From NCBI GenBank assembly GCA_035291665.1, contig DATDRP010000001.1:66569-130568 (forward strand): DNA of 64,000 bases. The letters are read 5' to 3'. The notes beneath the pieces are model-generated. The model was not told the origin of the DNA, did no database searches, and saw only the letters and a list, made by a program, of their open reading frames with translations. Both the position numbers and the translations under genes were made by a program. The DNA is from Patescibacteria group bacterium (GTDB taxonomy: Bacteria; Patescibacteriota; Microgenomatia; UBA8517). Shown here piece by piece: positions 30,107 through 39,009 of the stretch. Each line of letters opens with the position of its first letter. Within the stretch, counting starts at the first letter, position 1.

Positions 30107-30633
30107 AAAACGTTCTTTTTCTGCAAAGCTGGTATTCCAAAGTTACTGACAACTGGTATCCATGGCTTAAGAAAGAGTTGGAGAAAAAAGGTTTTATAAC
30201 CCACTTTCCTGATATCCCCGAAATGCGCAAGGATGTACCTGAAATGAGTAAAATACTCAAATTTATAGAATCTTTAAAAATAATTGATAAAGATACAATC
30301 ATTATTGGACATAGTCTTGGAAATTTGTTAGCTATGAGATTAGCCGAAAAACACCGATACAAACAAATGATTTTGGTATCCGCTTGGGATTACGATGATT
30401 TATGTGAGGGACACAGGTTATTTTGGAAAACAAAGATAAATCATTCGAAAATTAAGGGAAATGTTAAAAATATTACAGTGATTCATTCTGACAACGACCC
30501 TTACTATACTTCGATTTCTGCTGAAGACACAAGCAAAAGACTTAATGCAAGATATATTTTAATAAAAGGCGGTGGCCATTTTACGGCAAAAGAAAGAACT
30601 AAGAAAATACCTGAAATACTCGAGCTTCTTTAG
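30103..30633 (+). CDS. Alpha/beta-hydrolase, RBBP9/YdeN-like serine hydrolase
   Basis: Nucleophile elbow 'GHSLG', about 176 aa; the start overlaps the upstream stop. Confidence 0.6.
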   Translation: MKNVLFLQSWYSKVTDNWYPWLKKELEKKGFITHFPDIPEMRKDVPEMSKILKFIESLKIIDKDTIIIGHSLGNLLAMRLAEKHRYKQMILVSAWDYDDLCEGHRLFWKTKINHSKIKGNVKNITVIHSDNDPYYTSISAEDTSKRLNARYILIKGGGHFTAKERTKKIPEILELL

Positions 30634-30637
30634 AATT

Positions 30638-31630
30638 ATGAAAATAAAGATAAGTGATTTAAAGAGTTTATCTGTAAGGGCTTTGAAAAAAATAGGTTTT
30701 TCTGAAAATGATTGTCGGATAATTACAGAACACTTAGTAACAGCAGAGCTTTGTGGCAAGAAAAGCCACGGCATAGTTAGAATTCCAAGACTTAAAAAGC
30801 ATGTTGAAGCTGGAAAAATAAATACGACATCCGATGCACCAGAAATAAAAAAAGAAACTCCAATATCACTTCATGTTGATGGCAAATCCAAAACTGGATT
30901 AGTAGTTCTTGAATGGGTTTTGGATAAAGCAATTATAAAAGCGAAAAAGAATATGGTATGTTTTGTAGGTACAAGAAATGTGGGACCTGTTTCTGGAATG
31001 ATAGGATATTATGCACGAAAAGTAACGAAAGAAGATCTTATTCTCCTCGGTTTTAATAATAGTCCTGCTGGTTTAACTCCTTTTGGAAGTAAAGATAGCC
31101 TGTGGGGTACCAATCCTTTGACGGTAGGAATCCCCACCTCAAATCCCGACCTTCCAGTAGTTCTTGATATGGCAAGTTCCAAAATGACATTCGGAGACGT
31201 TATGATTAATGCAGCGCTAGGCAAGCCTCTTCCTAAAGGTGTTTCTGTAGATTCGGAGGGTAATCCTACGACAGACCCTAAAAAAGCAGCAGATGGTAGT
31301 CAACTTCCTTTTGAGGGAAGGAAGGGTTCTGGCCTTGCAATGATTGTTGAGATTCTGGCTGGTCCGCTAGTAGGCTCAAAAGGTGGAAATACCGTTAAAG
31401 GAAAAGGAGAATGGGGGTCGTTTTTTGTAGTTATTAACCCAGAATTGTATAGACCGATAGAAGAGTTAAAAGGGGATGTTGATAAAATGATCCAGGAGCT
31501 CAAGAGCTCAAAGAAGCAGGAGGGGGTGGATGAAATTTTTTATCCCGGGGAAAGGTCAGGGAGGACAATGGTTGATAATCTTAAAAGCGGTGAGGTTGAA
31601 GTTGTTGATGAATTAATTAAAAGTTTATAA
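30638..31630 (+). CDS. Ldh_2-family (malate/L-lactate/sulfolactate) dehydrogenase
   Basis: 'ELCGKKSHGIVRIP' and a length and pattern consistent with Pfam Ldh_2. Confidence 0.65.
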   Translation: MKIKISDLKSLSVRALKKIGFSENDCRIITEHLVTAELCGKKSHGIVRIPRLKKHVEAGKINTTSDAPEIKKETPISLHVDGKSKTGLVVLEWVLDKAIIKAKKNMVCFVGTRNVGPVSGMIGYYARKVTKEDLILLGFNNSPAGLTPFGSKDSLWGTNPLTVGIPTSNPDLPVVLDMASSKMTFGDVMINAALGKPLPKGVSVDSEGNPTTDPKKAADGSQLPFEGRKGSGLAMIVEILAGPLVGSKGGNTVKGKGEWGSFFVVINPELYRPIEELKGDVDKMIQELKSSKKQEGVDEIFYPGERSGRTMVDNLKSGEVEVVDELIKSL

Positions 31631-31651
31631 TTTTTTCACACTTAAGGTAAA

Positions 31652-32269
31652 ATGGGGATATCAAGAATCAAGGTTAATATGAGTAAAGTATTGTTATTAG
31701 ACGTAGATGGAGTTGTAATTCGTCCACGAAACAAATACTTCAGTGAGACTTATTCACAAGATTATGGTGTTCCTATTGAGGAGATAGTCCCTTTCTTTAA
31801 AGGTGGTTATAAACGAGCTGCAATTGGGGAAGTTGATATTAAAGATGTTTTACTTTCCTACCTCATAAAATGGGGTTGGAAAGGAAATGTTGATGAGTTT
31901 TTAAGATACTGGTTTGAAAGTGAAAGAGATACTGATGAGAAAGTAATGGAGTTTGTCAGCGAATTAAGACACAGGGGGGTAAAAGTCCATTTGGTTTCTG
32001 ATAATGAGGCCAATAGGGCAAAGTATTTAATGGAGGACGTGGGCTTAAAGAATATATTTGACGGAGCATTTTTCTCTTCGGCTTTAGGGGTGACAAAATC
32101 AGATCCGGAGTTTTATAAGAAAGTTGTTGAAAAACTCAAGGTTAAGCCAGAAGAGGTTGAATATTGGGACGATGACCCCAAGAATGTAGAAGTTGCGAAA
32201 GGAGTTGGAATAAATGCTCAAGTTTATGGCTCTTTTGAGGAATTTAAAGAAAGGGTTGTAAAAATATGA
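31652..32269 (+). CDS. HAD-family hydrolase
   Basis: Motif I 'LLLDVDGVV'. Confidence 0.7.
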   Translation: MGISRIKVNMSKVLLLDVDGVVIRPRNKYFSETYSQDYGVPIEEIVPFFKGGYKRAAIGEVDIKDVLLSYLIKWGWKGNVDEFLRYWFESERDTDEKVMEFVSELRHRGVKVHLVSDNEANRAKYLMEDVGLKNIFDGAFFSSALGVTKSDPEFYKKVVEKLKVKPEEVEYWDDDPKNVEVAKGVGINAQVYGSFEEFKERVVKI

Positions 32270-32691
32270 GATTTGGACACGTTGCTATTCGAGTAAAGGA
32301 TATTGTTAAAATGTTGGATTTTTATTGCAATGGCTTGGAGTTTAAGGAAGCTTTTAGAATAAATAATGATGACGGAAGTTTGAGAATTGTATATCTTCAC
32401 ATATCTGAAGGGCAATATTTGGAATTGTGTTTGGGTGGAGAGGAAAGACCATCTTTTGATGATAGTAAAAGTATTGGAGTGAGGCATATTAGCTTTACAG
32501 TTGAGAATTTAGTAAAGTCTAAAAAAGAAATGGAGAAAAGAGGGGTTTTATTTGATTCTGATATTTTGGATACTCGCGATTATAATAAAAATATTTGGCT
32601 TTTTGATCCCGAAGGAAATAAATTAGAGATAGTTCAAACTCAACCCGATTCCCCTCATTATAAATTTGAGAAGAGGATTAAATCTACTTGA
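32266..32691 (+). CDS. VOC/glyoxalase-family protein
   Basis: 'FGHVAIRVKDI', 'GVRHISF' and 'LFDPEGNKLEI'. Confidence 0.75.
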   Translation: MRFGHVAIRVKDIVKMLDFYCNGLEFKEAFRINNDDGSLRIVYLHISEGQYLELCLGGEERPSFDDSKSIGVRHISFTVENLVKSKKEMEKRGVLFDSDILDTRDYNKNIWLFDPEGNKLEIVQTQPDSPHYKFEKRIKST

Positions 32692-32723
32692 CAAGGTATG
32701 GATATTATATATACTTTGTATAT

Positions 32724-33023
32724 ATGAATACAGCAGTTATAAATGTAAAAGTTGATCCTAAAGTAAAGTCAAAAGCCCAAAATGTTGCTTCCGAGTTGGG
32801 CTTCTCTTTAAGCTCTCTCATTAATGGATATCTTAAAACTTTGATCAAGACGGGAACAATATATTTTTCACTTGATCAAAGAGAGGCTCCAAGTGAATAT
32901 ATGATAAAAGCTCTGAAGAGATCGGAAGAAGATAGAAAAGCAGGCCGCTATACATCATTTAATTCTGTAGACAAGGCAATAAAATACTTGGATAATATGA
33001 TAGATGCAGATAAAAAGGATTGA
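32724..33023 (+). CDS. dinJ: Type II antitoxin, RelB/DinJ family
   Basis: 'VINVKVDPKVKSKAQNVASELGFSLSSLINGYLKTL' follows the DinJ pattern; it overlaps the toxin gene by 20 nt. Confidence 0.65.
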   Translation: MNTAVINVKVDPKVKSKAQNVASELGFSLSSLINGYLKTLIKTGTIYFSLDQREAPSEYMIKALKRSEEDRKAGRYTSFNSVDKAIKYLDNMIDADKKD

Positions 33024-33276
33024 CTACTCCGACACTTTTAAAAAAGATCTGAAAAAATCTTCATCAAAAATAAAGATAGCATTTCGGGAAAGGCTCAGGA
33101 TGTTTTCGGAGAATAAATATAATCCCAAATTAAATAACCACAAGCTTATCGGAAAATTTAAAGGTTATAGGAGTATTAATTTAAGTGGTGACTGGAGGGC
33201 AATTTTTCGAGAATTAAATGATGGGCAAGTGATATACTTTGATATGATTGGAACTCACAGTCGGTTGTATAGGTAA
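33004..33276 (+). CDS. yafQ: Type II toxin, YafQ/RelE-family mRNA interferase
   Basis: 'HKLIGKFKGYRSINLSGDWRAIFRELNDGQVIYFDMIGTHSRLY' compares well with YafQ 'HPLQGSWKGYRDAHVEPDWILIYK...RTGTHAALF'. Confidence 0.7.
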   Translation: MQIKRIDYSDTFKKDLKKSSSKIKIAFRERLRMFSENKYNPKLNNHKLIGKFKGYRSINLSGDWRAIFRELNDGQVIYFDMIGTHSRLYR

Positions 33277-33347
33277 AATAAAAAGAATGGTTTTTACGAA
33301 ACGGGCGTAGAAATGGATAAGAAGTTGTAGGTTTTATATCTAGAAAA

Positions 33348-33971
33348 ATGATTAAATTTATATATTTTGATGTCGGAGGAGTTGTTATTAAAGATTTTAG
33401 TGGAACGAATAAATGGATCGAACTTCAGAGGGGTATTGGTATTAAGCCAGAGCAAGATCAGGAATTTGTTGAATTTTTTGATAAATACGAACCCGAAGTC
33501 TGTTTGGGAAGGAATATTGAAACCCTGGTCCCTTTAATGAAGAAAAAGTTTGGTCTTAAGCTGCCCAAGGACTATTCCTTCCTCAAAGATTTTGTTGACA
33601 GATTTGAGAAAAATGAATCCATTTGGCCAGTAATTGAGAAGGCTAAAAGCAAATTTGGAATTGGGCTTTTGACAAATATGTATACAAATATGCTTGGTCT
33701 AGTTAAAAAGCGGGGTCTTTTACCAAATATTGATTGGGATGTTGTCATAGATTCGAGTGTGGAAAAGGTAATAAAACCAACCGAAGCGATTTTTAAACTA
33801 GCTCAAGAGAGGTCAGGGGTAAATGTAAACGAAATAATGTTTGTAGAGAACGGCAAAAAACACGTAGAGGCAGCAAAAGCATTCGGTTGGCAGACTTTTT
33901 TGTATGACTCCACTAATTTAGAAGATTCGAGTAAAAATTTACTAAATTCACTTTCTTCCTTACAATTTTAG
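33348..33971 (+). CDS. HAD-like hydrolase
   Basis: 'IYFDVGGVVI' (motif I variant) and 'MFVENGKKHVEAA'. Confidence 0.6.
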   Translation: MIKFIYFDVGGVVIKDFSGTNKWIELQRGIGIKPEQDQEFVEFFDKYEPEVCLGRNIETLVPLMKKKFGLKLPKDYSFLKDFVDRFEKNESIWPVIEKAKSKFGIGLLTNMYTNMLGLVKKRGLLPNIDWDVVIDSSVEKVIKPTEAIFKLAQERSGVNVNEIMFVENGKKHVEAAKAFGWQTFLYDSTNLEDSSKNLLNSLSSLQF

Positions 33972-33973
33972 TA

Positions 33974-34071
33974 TTTTTTCACCCTAAGGGTGATATAAGG
34001 CTACACCCTTTACCCCACATCTTTTTGTTTAATTTTTCAGTCAGTTGTAAAATACCTTATGAGTTTATCAG
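33974..34071 (+). repeat. Direct repeat copy 1 (~97 bp): hairpin + promoter-like element + 'ATGAGTTTATCAG'
   Basis: Near-identical to 35556-35652, with a few mismatches. It contains the palindrome CACCCTAAGGGTG, an extended -10 'TGTAAAAT', and an ATG 6 nt downstream. Confidence 0.7.
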
Positions 34072-34255
34072 CGGAGATACTAATTTCGGCATCCTAACTT
34101 ATAATTCTTAAGCGTAGTCGAATGAACTTTGATTTCTACTTCAAATTTCCAATTCCAAAGCCAAACAGGGAGAGAGTAATTATTGCAAGGGATACTCTTG
34201 GTAGGATTGAAAATTCAAAGTCTTATTGTAGACTTATTGTAGAATAGACTGGACA

Positions 34256-35515
34256 ATGGAAAGCCAATCCCCATTAAATAGTAAAGGTCACGATATAGAA
34301 AGGTTGCAATTTCCAACTGATAACGATAGGGAACTTAATAGGGTAAGAGAAATTTTGAGATCTAGAGATGTTGAGGTGATTCCTGTCGGTGAATTGGGCT
34401 ATGTGATTCACGACAAAAAAGTTCCATACGTGGCGGAGGCTCCGGTTATGTGTTTGGATTTTGACGACACAGCCGCGACAACTACAGCTGATAAGAAAAA
34501 TTGTAAAGACAGACTTTTGGATTTGGGAATTCCTGATGACTTAGTTGCGTATTGTGACCAGATTTCGAGAGTGGATTTTGGAGATAGAGGTAAAATTTAT
34601 GAACCCGAACTCGATCAAAGGTTGCTGTCGATGGTTTTAGCAGAGGGTTCTACGAGTTTATCTCCAGAATTAAAAATAAAGCTTGATGTTGCAAGGGATA
34701 GAATGCTGGAAACAAGGGATTTGGAACAATATCCCATCAATGAGACCGTTAAACAAATTTATCAAGAAACGAGGTATCACTCGACTTTATACCCAGATAC
34801 GACCGAAACTATCTTGAGATTAAAGGCGGGAGAGGTGAGACCTTCAAATATGGTTATCTTTACATACGGTGATCCGGAATTTCAGTTAACTAAGGTTTTA
34901 CCGCTGATTGACGCAAAAGTGGGTTTGAATCAAGTTTGGCTGACAAAAGGCAGAAAAGGTGATTTTTTCAAAAAGATGATTGAGGGAAATACCCTTCAGG
35001 GAGTTCCGTTAAAATATACATATGATGAAACCGAAAGGGGGATGGGTGTTAAATTTGCTGATTGGAGGGTTCTGGTTATTCTGTTTGATGATGATCCAAG
35101 TCAGGTAGCTAACTTTAATAAAATTGCGAATGAAGAAGGAATTTTGGGACTGGCTACCGTAAGAGTAAGGCGGGAGGGTGTCAAAAGATCAGACAAGGAC
35201 ACTGAATTGGGTCGAAGAGCTGCGGAACTTAAGATGTCTGACACGTATTTAGACTCAGCTTTATACGAAAAAGCTGTGGAGCTTTTGATGGCGGTTCAGG
35301 TAGAAGACTTTTTGGTTGAACAGGTTATGAAAATTGGTCAAGATGCCTTAAGTGATGTGAGATATCCTGATTTGCTTGCGGAGATAGCCCACATTCGTGA
35401 CCAATCACCAGAGGAAGCACAAATGGCACTTTTAAACAGGGCAGGATACAAATATACTTTTGTAGCTTCTGATGACGATTCGGAAACTAAAGTTGAAATT
35501 TGGTCGAAAGCTTGA
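34256..35515 (+). CDS. HAD-superfamily-like protein (419 aa) with a C-terminal extension, GC-elevated, inside the repeat-flanked insert
   Basis: 'CLDFDDTAA' (DxDxT motif I), 'MVIFTYGD' (motif II) and 'VILFDDDPSQV' (motif IV). The gene sits between the two 97-bp repeats. Confidence 0.45.
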   Translation: MESQSPLNSKGHDIERLQFPTDNDRELNRVREILRSRDVEVIPVGELGYVIHDKKVPYVAEAPVMCLDFDDTAATTTADKKNCKDRLLDLGIPDDLVAYCDQISRVDFGDRGKIYEPELDQRLLSMVLAEGSTSLSPELKIKLDVARDRMLETRDLEQYPINETVKQIYQETRYHSTLYPDTTETILRLKAGEVRPSNMVIFTYGDPEFQLTKVLPLIDAKVGLNQVWLTKGRKGDFFKKMIEGNTLQGVPLKYTYDETERGMGVKFADWRVLVILFDDDPSQVANFNKIANEEGILGLATVRVRREGVKRSDKDTELGRRAAELKMSDTYLDSALYEKAVELLMAVQVEDFLVEQVMKIGQDALSDVRYPDLLAEIAHIRDQSPEEAQMALLNRAGYKYTFVASDDDSETKVEIWSKA

Positions 35516-35555
35516 GTAATAAATATTTCCAGTTGATGATGTCAAAAGACGGCCA

Positions 35556-35652
35556 TTTTTTCACCCTTAGGGTGATACAAGGCTACACCCTTTACCCACA
35601 TCCTTTTGTTTAATTTTTCAGTCAGTTGTAAAATACCTTATGAGTTTATCAG
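35556..35652 (+). repeat. Direct repeat copy 2, continuing into a decayed duplicate of the ychF 5' end
   Basis: Copy 2 continues 'ATGAGTTTATCAGTAGGTATTGTCGGACTACCAAATGTTGG', which encodes MSLSVGIVGLPNVG, the YchF N-terminus. It then degenerates about 100 nt before the real ychF start. Confidence 0.7.
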
Positions 35653-35792
35653 TAGGTATTGTCGGACTACCAAATGTTGGTCCCGGCATAGCACTTACTT
35701 GCTCCCGAGATCTACGTTCTCGCGTCGCAAGGGCCTGTATGCGGGACTGCACTAACTATTAATTATGGTTATGAGAGGAGTAATTTACTAAC

Positions 35793-36953
35793 ATGGGATT
35801 AAGCGTAGGTATAGTTGGATTGCCCAACGTTGGAAAGTCAACGTTATTTAACGCGCTTCTCAAAAAGCAGCAAGCTTATGTTGCGAATTTTCCCTTCGCG
35901 ACAATTGAACCGAATGTAGGAGTGGTGCCGGTTCCCGATAGTCGCTTGGAATTCCTTGCAGAAACTATCGCATCCGAAAATTCCAATAACCAAATTCCAA
36001 ATCTCAAACAAAATCTAAATTCAAATCCTCAATTAATAAATAGAGACAAATGGCCTCCCATTGTCCCTGCAACCGTAGAGTTTCTGGATATTGCAGGACT
36101 AATAGCCGGTGCAAGTAAAGGAGAAGGTCTGGGCAATAAATTTTTAAGCCATATCAGAGAGACCGACGCCATATGCCACGTAGTAAGGGTTTTTCAGGAT
36201 CCTGATATTATCAAGCAGGGAGTAACTGATCCGAAGAGTGATTTTGAAACGATAGAAACTGAACTGGCTCTTGCGGATCTTCAGACGATTGAGAAGCAGA
36301 AAGACCCGGGCAATACTCCCGATAAAGAACTTCTGAAAAAATGGTCAGTAGTGAATAAATTCAGACAAGCATTATCCCAAGGTAAACCTGTCAGATCTGT
36401 AGAGTTGAATGAAGAGGATGAAAAGTACGCGAAAGAATTAAGTTTACTTACCCAAAAGCCGATACTTATAGTCCTTAACGTTTCCGAATCAGACCTTAAA
36501 ATTTCAAAAGAAATAGAAGAAAAATATGCGAATGAACTTGGAGTAGAAGTTGATCAGATTGTTGCAATAAGCGCCAAAGTCGAATCAGAACTTTCAGAAT
36601 TGTCTGATATAGAGCAAATAGAATATTTAAAAGAGCTGGGGGTAGAAAAAAGCGGATTGGAAAGGTTAATTAAAAAAGCTTTTGCAACACTTGGTCTTAT
36701 TACTTTTCTTACGGCGGGGGAGAAAGAGGTTAGGGCATGGACTATTAAAAATGGCTGGGATGCGGTTCAAGCGTCGGGAGTGATTCACACCGATTTTATG
36801 CAAAAGTTTATTAAAGCTGACGTTGTTGATTTTGATGACTTTATCGAAAATAACGGCTGGAAAGCTTCCAGAGAAAACGGAAAAGTCAGATCTGAAGGGA
36901 AAGATTATATTATGAAAGATGGAGATGTTGTGGAGTTTAAAATCGGTTTGTAA
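35793..36953 (+). CDS. ychF: Ribosome-binding ATPase YchF
   Basis: 'MGLSVGIVGLPNVGKSTLFNAL' (G1), 'FPFATIEPNVG', and a C-terminal TGS domain 'DFMQKFIKADVV'. A low-complexity insertion of about 25 aa is present. GAGAGGAG lies 9 nt upstream. Confidence 0.9.
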   Translation: MGLSVGIVGLPNVGKSTLFNALLKKQQAYVANFPFATIEPNVGVVPVPDSRLEFLAETIASENSNNQIPNLKQNLNSNPQLINRDKWPPIVPATVEFLDIAGLIAGASKGEGLGNKFLSHIRETDAICHVVRVFQDPDIIKQGVTDPKSDFETIETELALADLQTIEKQKDPGNTPDKELLKKWSVVNKFRQALSQGKPVRSVELNEEDEKYAKELSLLTQKPILIVLNVSESDLKISKEIEEKYANELGVEVDQIVAISAKVESELSELSDIEQIEYLKELGVEKSGLERLIKKAFATLGLITFLTAGEKEVRAWTIKNGWDAVQASGVIHTDFMQKFIKADVVDFDDFIENNGWKASRENGKVRSEGKDYIMKDGDVVEFKIGL

Positions 36954-37456
36954 GAGATGGCGACCCTCCTTCGCCAAGGCTACGGAAGGGCAAGTGTTGT
37001 GGAATTTAAGATCGGACAATGAAAAAGTCTAAGACAAAATCCTGAGCGATAGGAAAAGAATAATTTGAGAAGAGTTATTGAAGTCTCACAAATGAAAGAG
37101 TATCATAACGATCAATATGAACGAAAGAATAAAAATTATTATATATAAATGTAAGTTTATGGCCGGTAGACGTTGCGGTTATTCTGGTAAACAACCGACA
37201 GGTGTTAACTTTCTTACCCTGACTGGGGAAAGAAATTGCGGAGTGATGGTTGGGGCAATCCAGAACTTGGAAAAATGCGACATAGGAAAACTACCAGAAT
37301 ATGTATTAAAAGACGAAGTGGATGCTTATATATCTCCCAATGGAATGCTCACATGACAACAAGGGTTGAAATGTTTATTGCACAAAGCACGATTAATAGG
37401 TAAAATAAGCAGTTTCTTCTTGGGATTTTCAATATTTAGTTTGGAGGTGTTTGTAT

Positions 37457-37687
37457 ATGGGTAGGGATAGAAAAAACGGAAATCATAATAATTCTGAAGT
37501 TGCACGACCGGGGCAAACGCAAAATTTGGGCGTGGTCATTGACGGTTGCGCAGGATGCAGCCATCCCGTAACAAAAGAAGGAGGATTAATGGTCGGATGT
37601 GATCAGGGAGTAGGTGCTTGGCAGCGAATCAATTGTGGTCTTGGTGTTTGCAGGGTTGCAGCTATAGAAAGTAAACAAAAGATTTAA
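37457..37687 (+). CDS. Candidate Cys/Gly-rich small protein (76 aa); may be non-coding
   Basis: 'GGAGGTG' lies 7 nt upstream of the ATG, and the product has six Cys ('CAGCSHP...VGCDQG...CGLGVCRV'). The tract is GC-elevated. Confidence 0.2.
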   Translation: MGRDRKNGNHNNSEVARPGQTQNLGVVIDGCAGCSHPVTKEGGLMVGCDQGVGAWQRINCGLGVCRVAAIESKQKI

Positions 37688-37771
37688 GACACCTGCCTAA
37701 TCCTGCAAGCGTGACCAAAAGCTTACGGAGGACTTAAACTTATAACTAATATTTGGTATACTACGCATGTT

Positions 37772-38053
37772 ATGAATAAATATGAATTAACCTTAGTTTT
37801 ACCGGAAAAATTTACTCCGGCTAAAGTTAAGGCTCAAAAAGAAAGTTTGGAGAAAATTGTTAAGATTCTGAAAGGAAGTATTACCGATATAAAAGATTGG
37901 GGATTAACTCCGCTTTCGTATAAAATAAAGGGGAATTCAGCTGGAATATTCATCCTCTATGAGCTAGAATTGGAAAGCGATTCCGTTTCAAAGCTTAAGG
38001 ACAAACTTAAAACGGAAGAATCAATTATCAGGTATTTATTGATCAGAAATTAA
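37772..38053 (+). CDS. rpsF: 30S ribosomal protein S6
   Basis: 'MNKYELTLVL', 93 aa, in an rpsF-ssb-rpsR context. Confidence 0.9.
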   Translation: MNKYELTLVLPEKFTPAKVKAQKESLEKIVKILKGSITDIKDWGLTPLSYKIKGNSAGIFILYELELESDSVSKLKDKLKTEESIIRYLLIRN

Positions 38054-38083
38054 TAAAGTTATACCGGCAAAATTTAAAGAAAT

Positions 38084-38638
38084 ATGGCAAGAAGTCTTAA
38101 TAAAGCAACATTAATCGGAAATATGACACGCGATCCGGAGCTACGCTATACTCCAAGCGGGGCGGCAGTTTGTTCTTTCGGACTTGCAACAAACCGTTCT
38201 TGGAATACTGAAACCGGAGAGAAAAAAGAGGAAACCGAATTCCACAGAATTGTTGCCTGGAATAAATTAGCAGAACTTTGTGCACAGCTTCTGACGAAAG
38301 GACGAAAAGTTTATGTTGAAGGTCGGCTTCAAACGAGAAAATGGACAGGAAATGATAATCTTGAGCGGACCACCACTGAAATTGTCATATCCGACATGAT
38401 AATTCTTGATTCAAGAGGAGTTCCTGCGCCAAGTGCCGGAGAAGAAGGCAGCGGCAGCATCAATCTTCCGGATGACTTTCCGGCGGAGATTCCCACAAGC
38501 AATGTCTCAGGCACAAGCTCTGATGACTCAAAATCCGATGACAAAAAGTCTGTAAAATCCAAAAATCTTGATAAAAAATCCGATTCCGGTAAGAAAGAAG
38601 AATCGGAGGACGTAGCGGATGATGACATACCCTTCTAA
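38084..38638 (+). CDS. ssb: Single-stranded DNA-binding protein
   Basis: OB fold 'NKATLIGNMTRDPELRYTPSGAAV', an acidic tail and a terminal 'DDDIPF'. Confidence 0.9.
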   Translation: MARSLNKATLIGNMTRDPELRYTPSGAAVCSFGLATNRSWNTETGEKKEETEFHRIVAWNKLAELCAQLLTKGRKVYVEGRLQTRKWTGNDNLERTTTEIVISDMIILDSRGVPAPSAGEEGSGSINLPDDFPAEIPTSNVSGTSSDDSKSDDKKSVKSKNLDKKSDSGKKEESEDVADDDIPF

Positions 38639-38652
38639 TTAATTGAACTACT

Positions 38653-38898
38653 ATGGCAAAAAAGAAAATGATGAGAAAACCCACACCCAGAATTGTTAAT
38701 TTACCATGCGTTTTTTGCAAGGAAGAAGTGGAACCGAATTATAAAGAATTTAATATTTTGAAAAAATTTCTTTCAGACCGCTCAAAAATTATTCCATCGC
38801 TTTATACCGGAACCTGCATGAAGCATCAAAGGCTTTTAAGCACCTCGATAAAACGAGCCAGATCCCTTGGACTTCTTCCTTATGTACCCGAAGCTTAA
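38653..38898 (+). CDS. rpsR: 30S ribosomal protein S18
   Basis: 'CVFCKEE...NYKEFNILKKFLSDRSKIIPS..TG.C.KHQR.L...IKRAR.LGLLPY'. Confidence 0.9.
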   Translation: MAKKKMMRKPTPRIVNLPCVFCKEEVEPNYKEFNILKKFLSDRSKIIPSLYTGTCMKHQRLLSTSIKRARSLGLLPYVPEA

Positions 38899-38950
38899 GG
38901 ATTTTGGGGGTGTCTAAAAAATTCCATTGAATGCTACAATGTACTACGTT

Positions 38951-38977
38951 GCGGGTAATCCGCGATTTATTTTTTAA
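38951..38977 (+). terminator. Weak terminator-like hairpin plus T-tract after rpsR
   Basis: 'GCGGgtaatCCGC' followed by 'GATTTATTTTTT'; the stem is short. Confidence 0.35.
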
Positions 38978-39009
38978 GATATAATTCACTTTTGTTCTAT
39001 TTGTGAAAT

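Noticed and set aside
36954-37771. RNase P RNA, tmRNA or SRP RNA in the GC-rich ychF-rpsF spacer
   Set aside because: I could not find the conserved P4 / 'GGUGCGGUAAGAGCGCACC', tmRNA T-arm/tag, or SRP domain-IV motifs by eye. The tract is left as unassigned (see findings).
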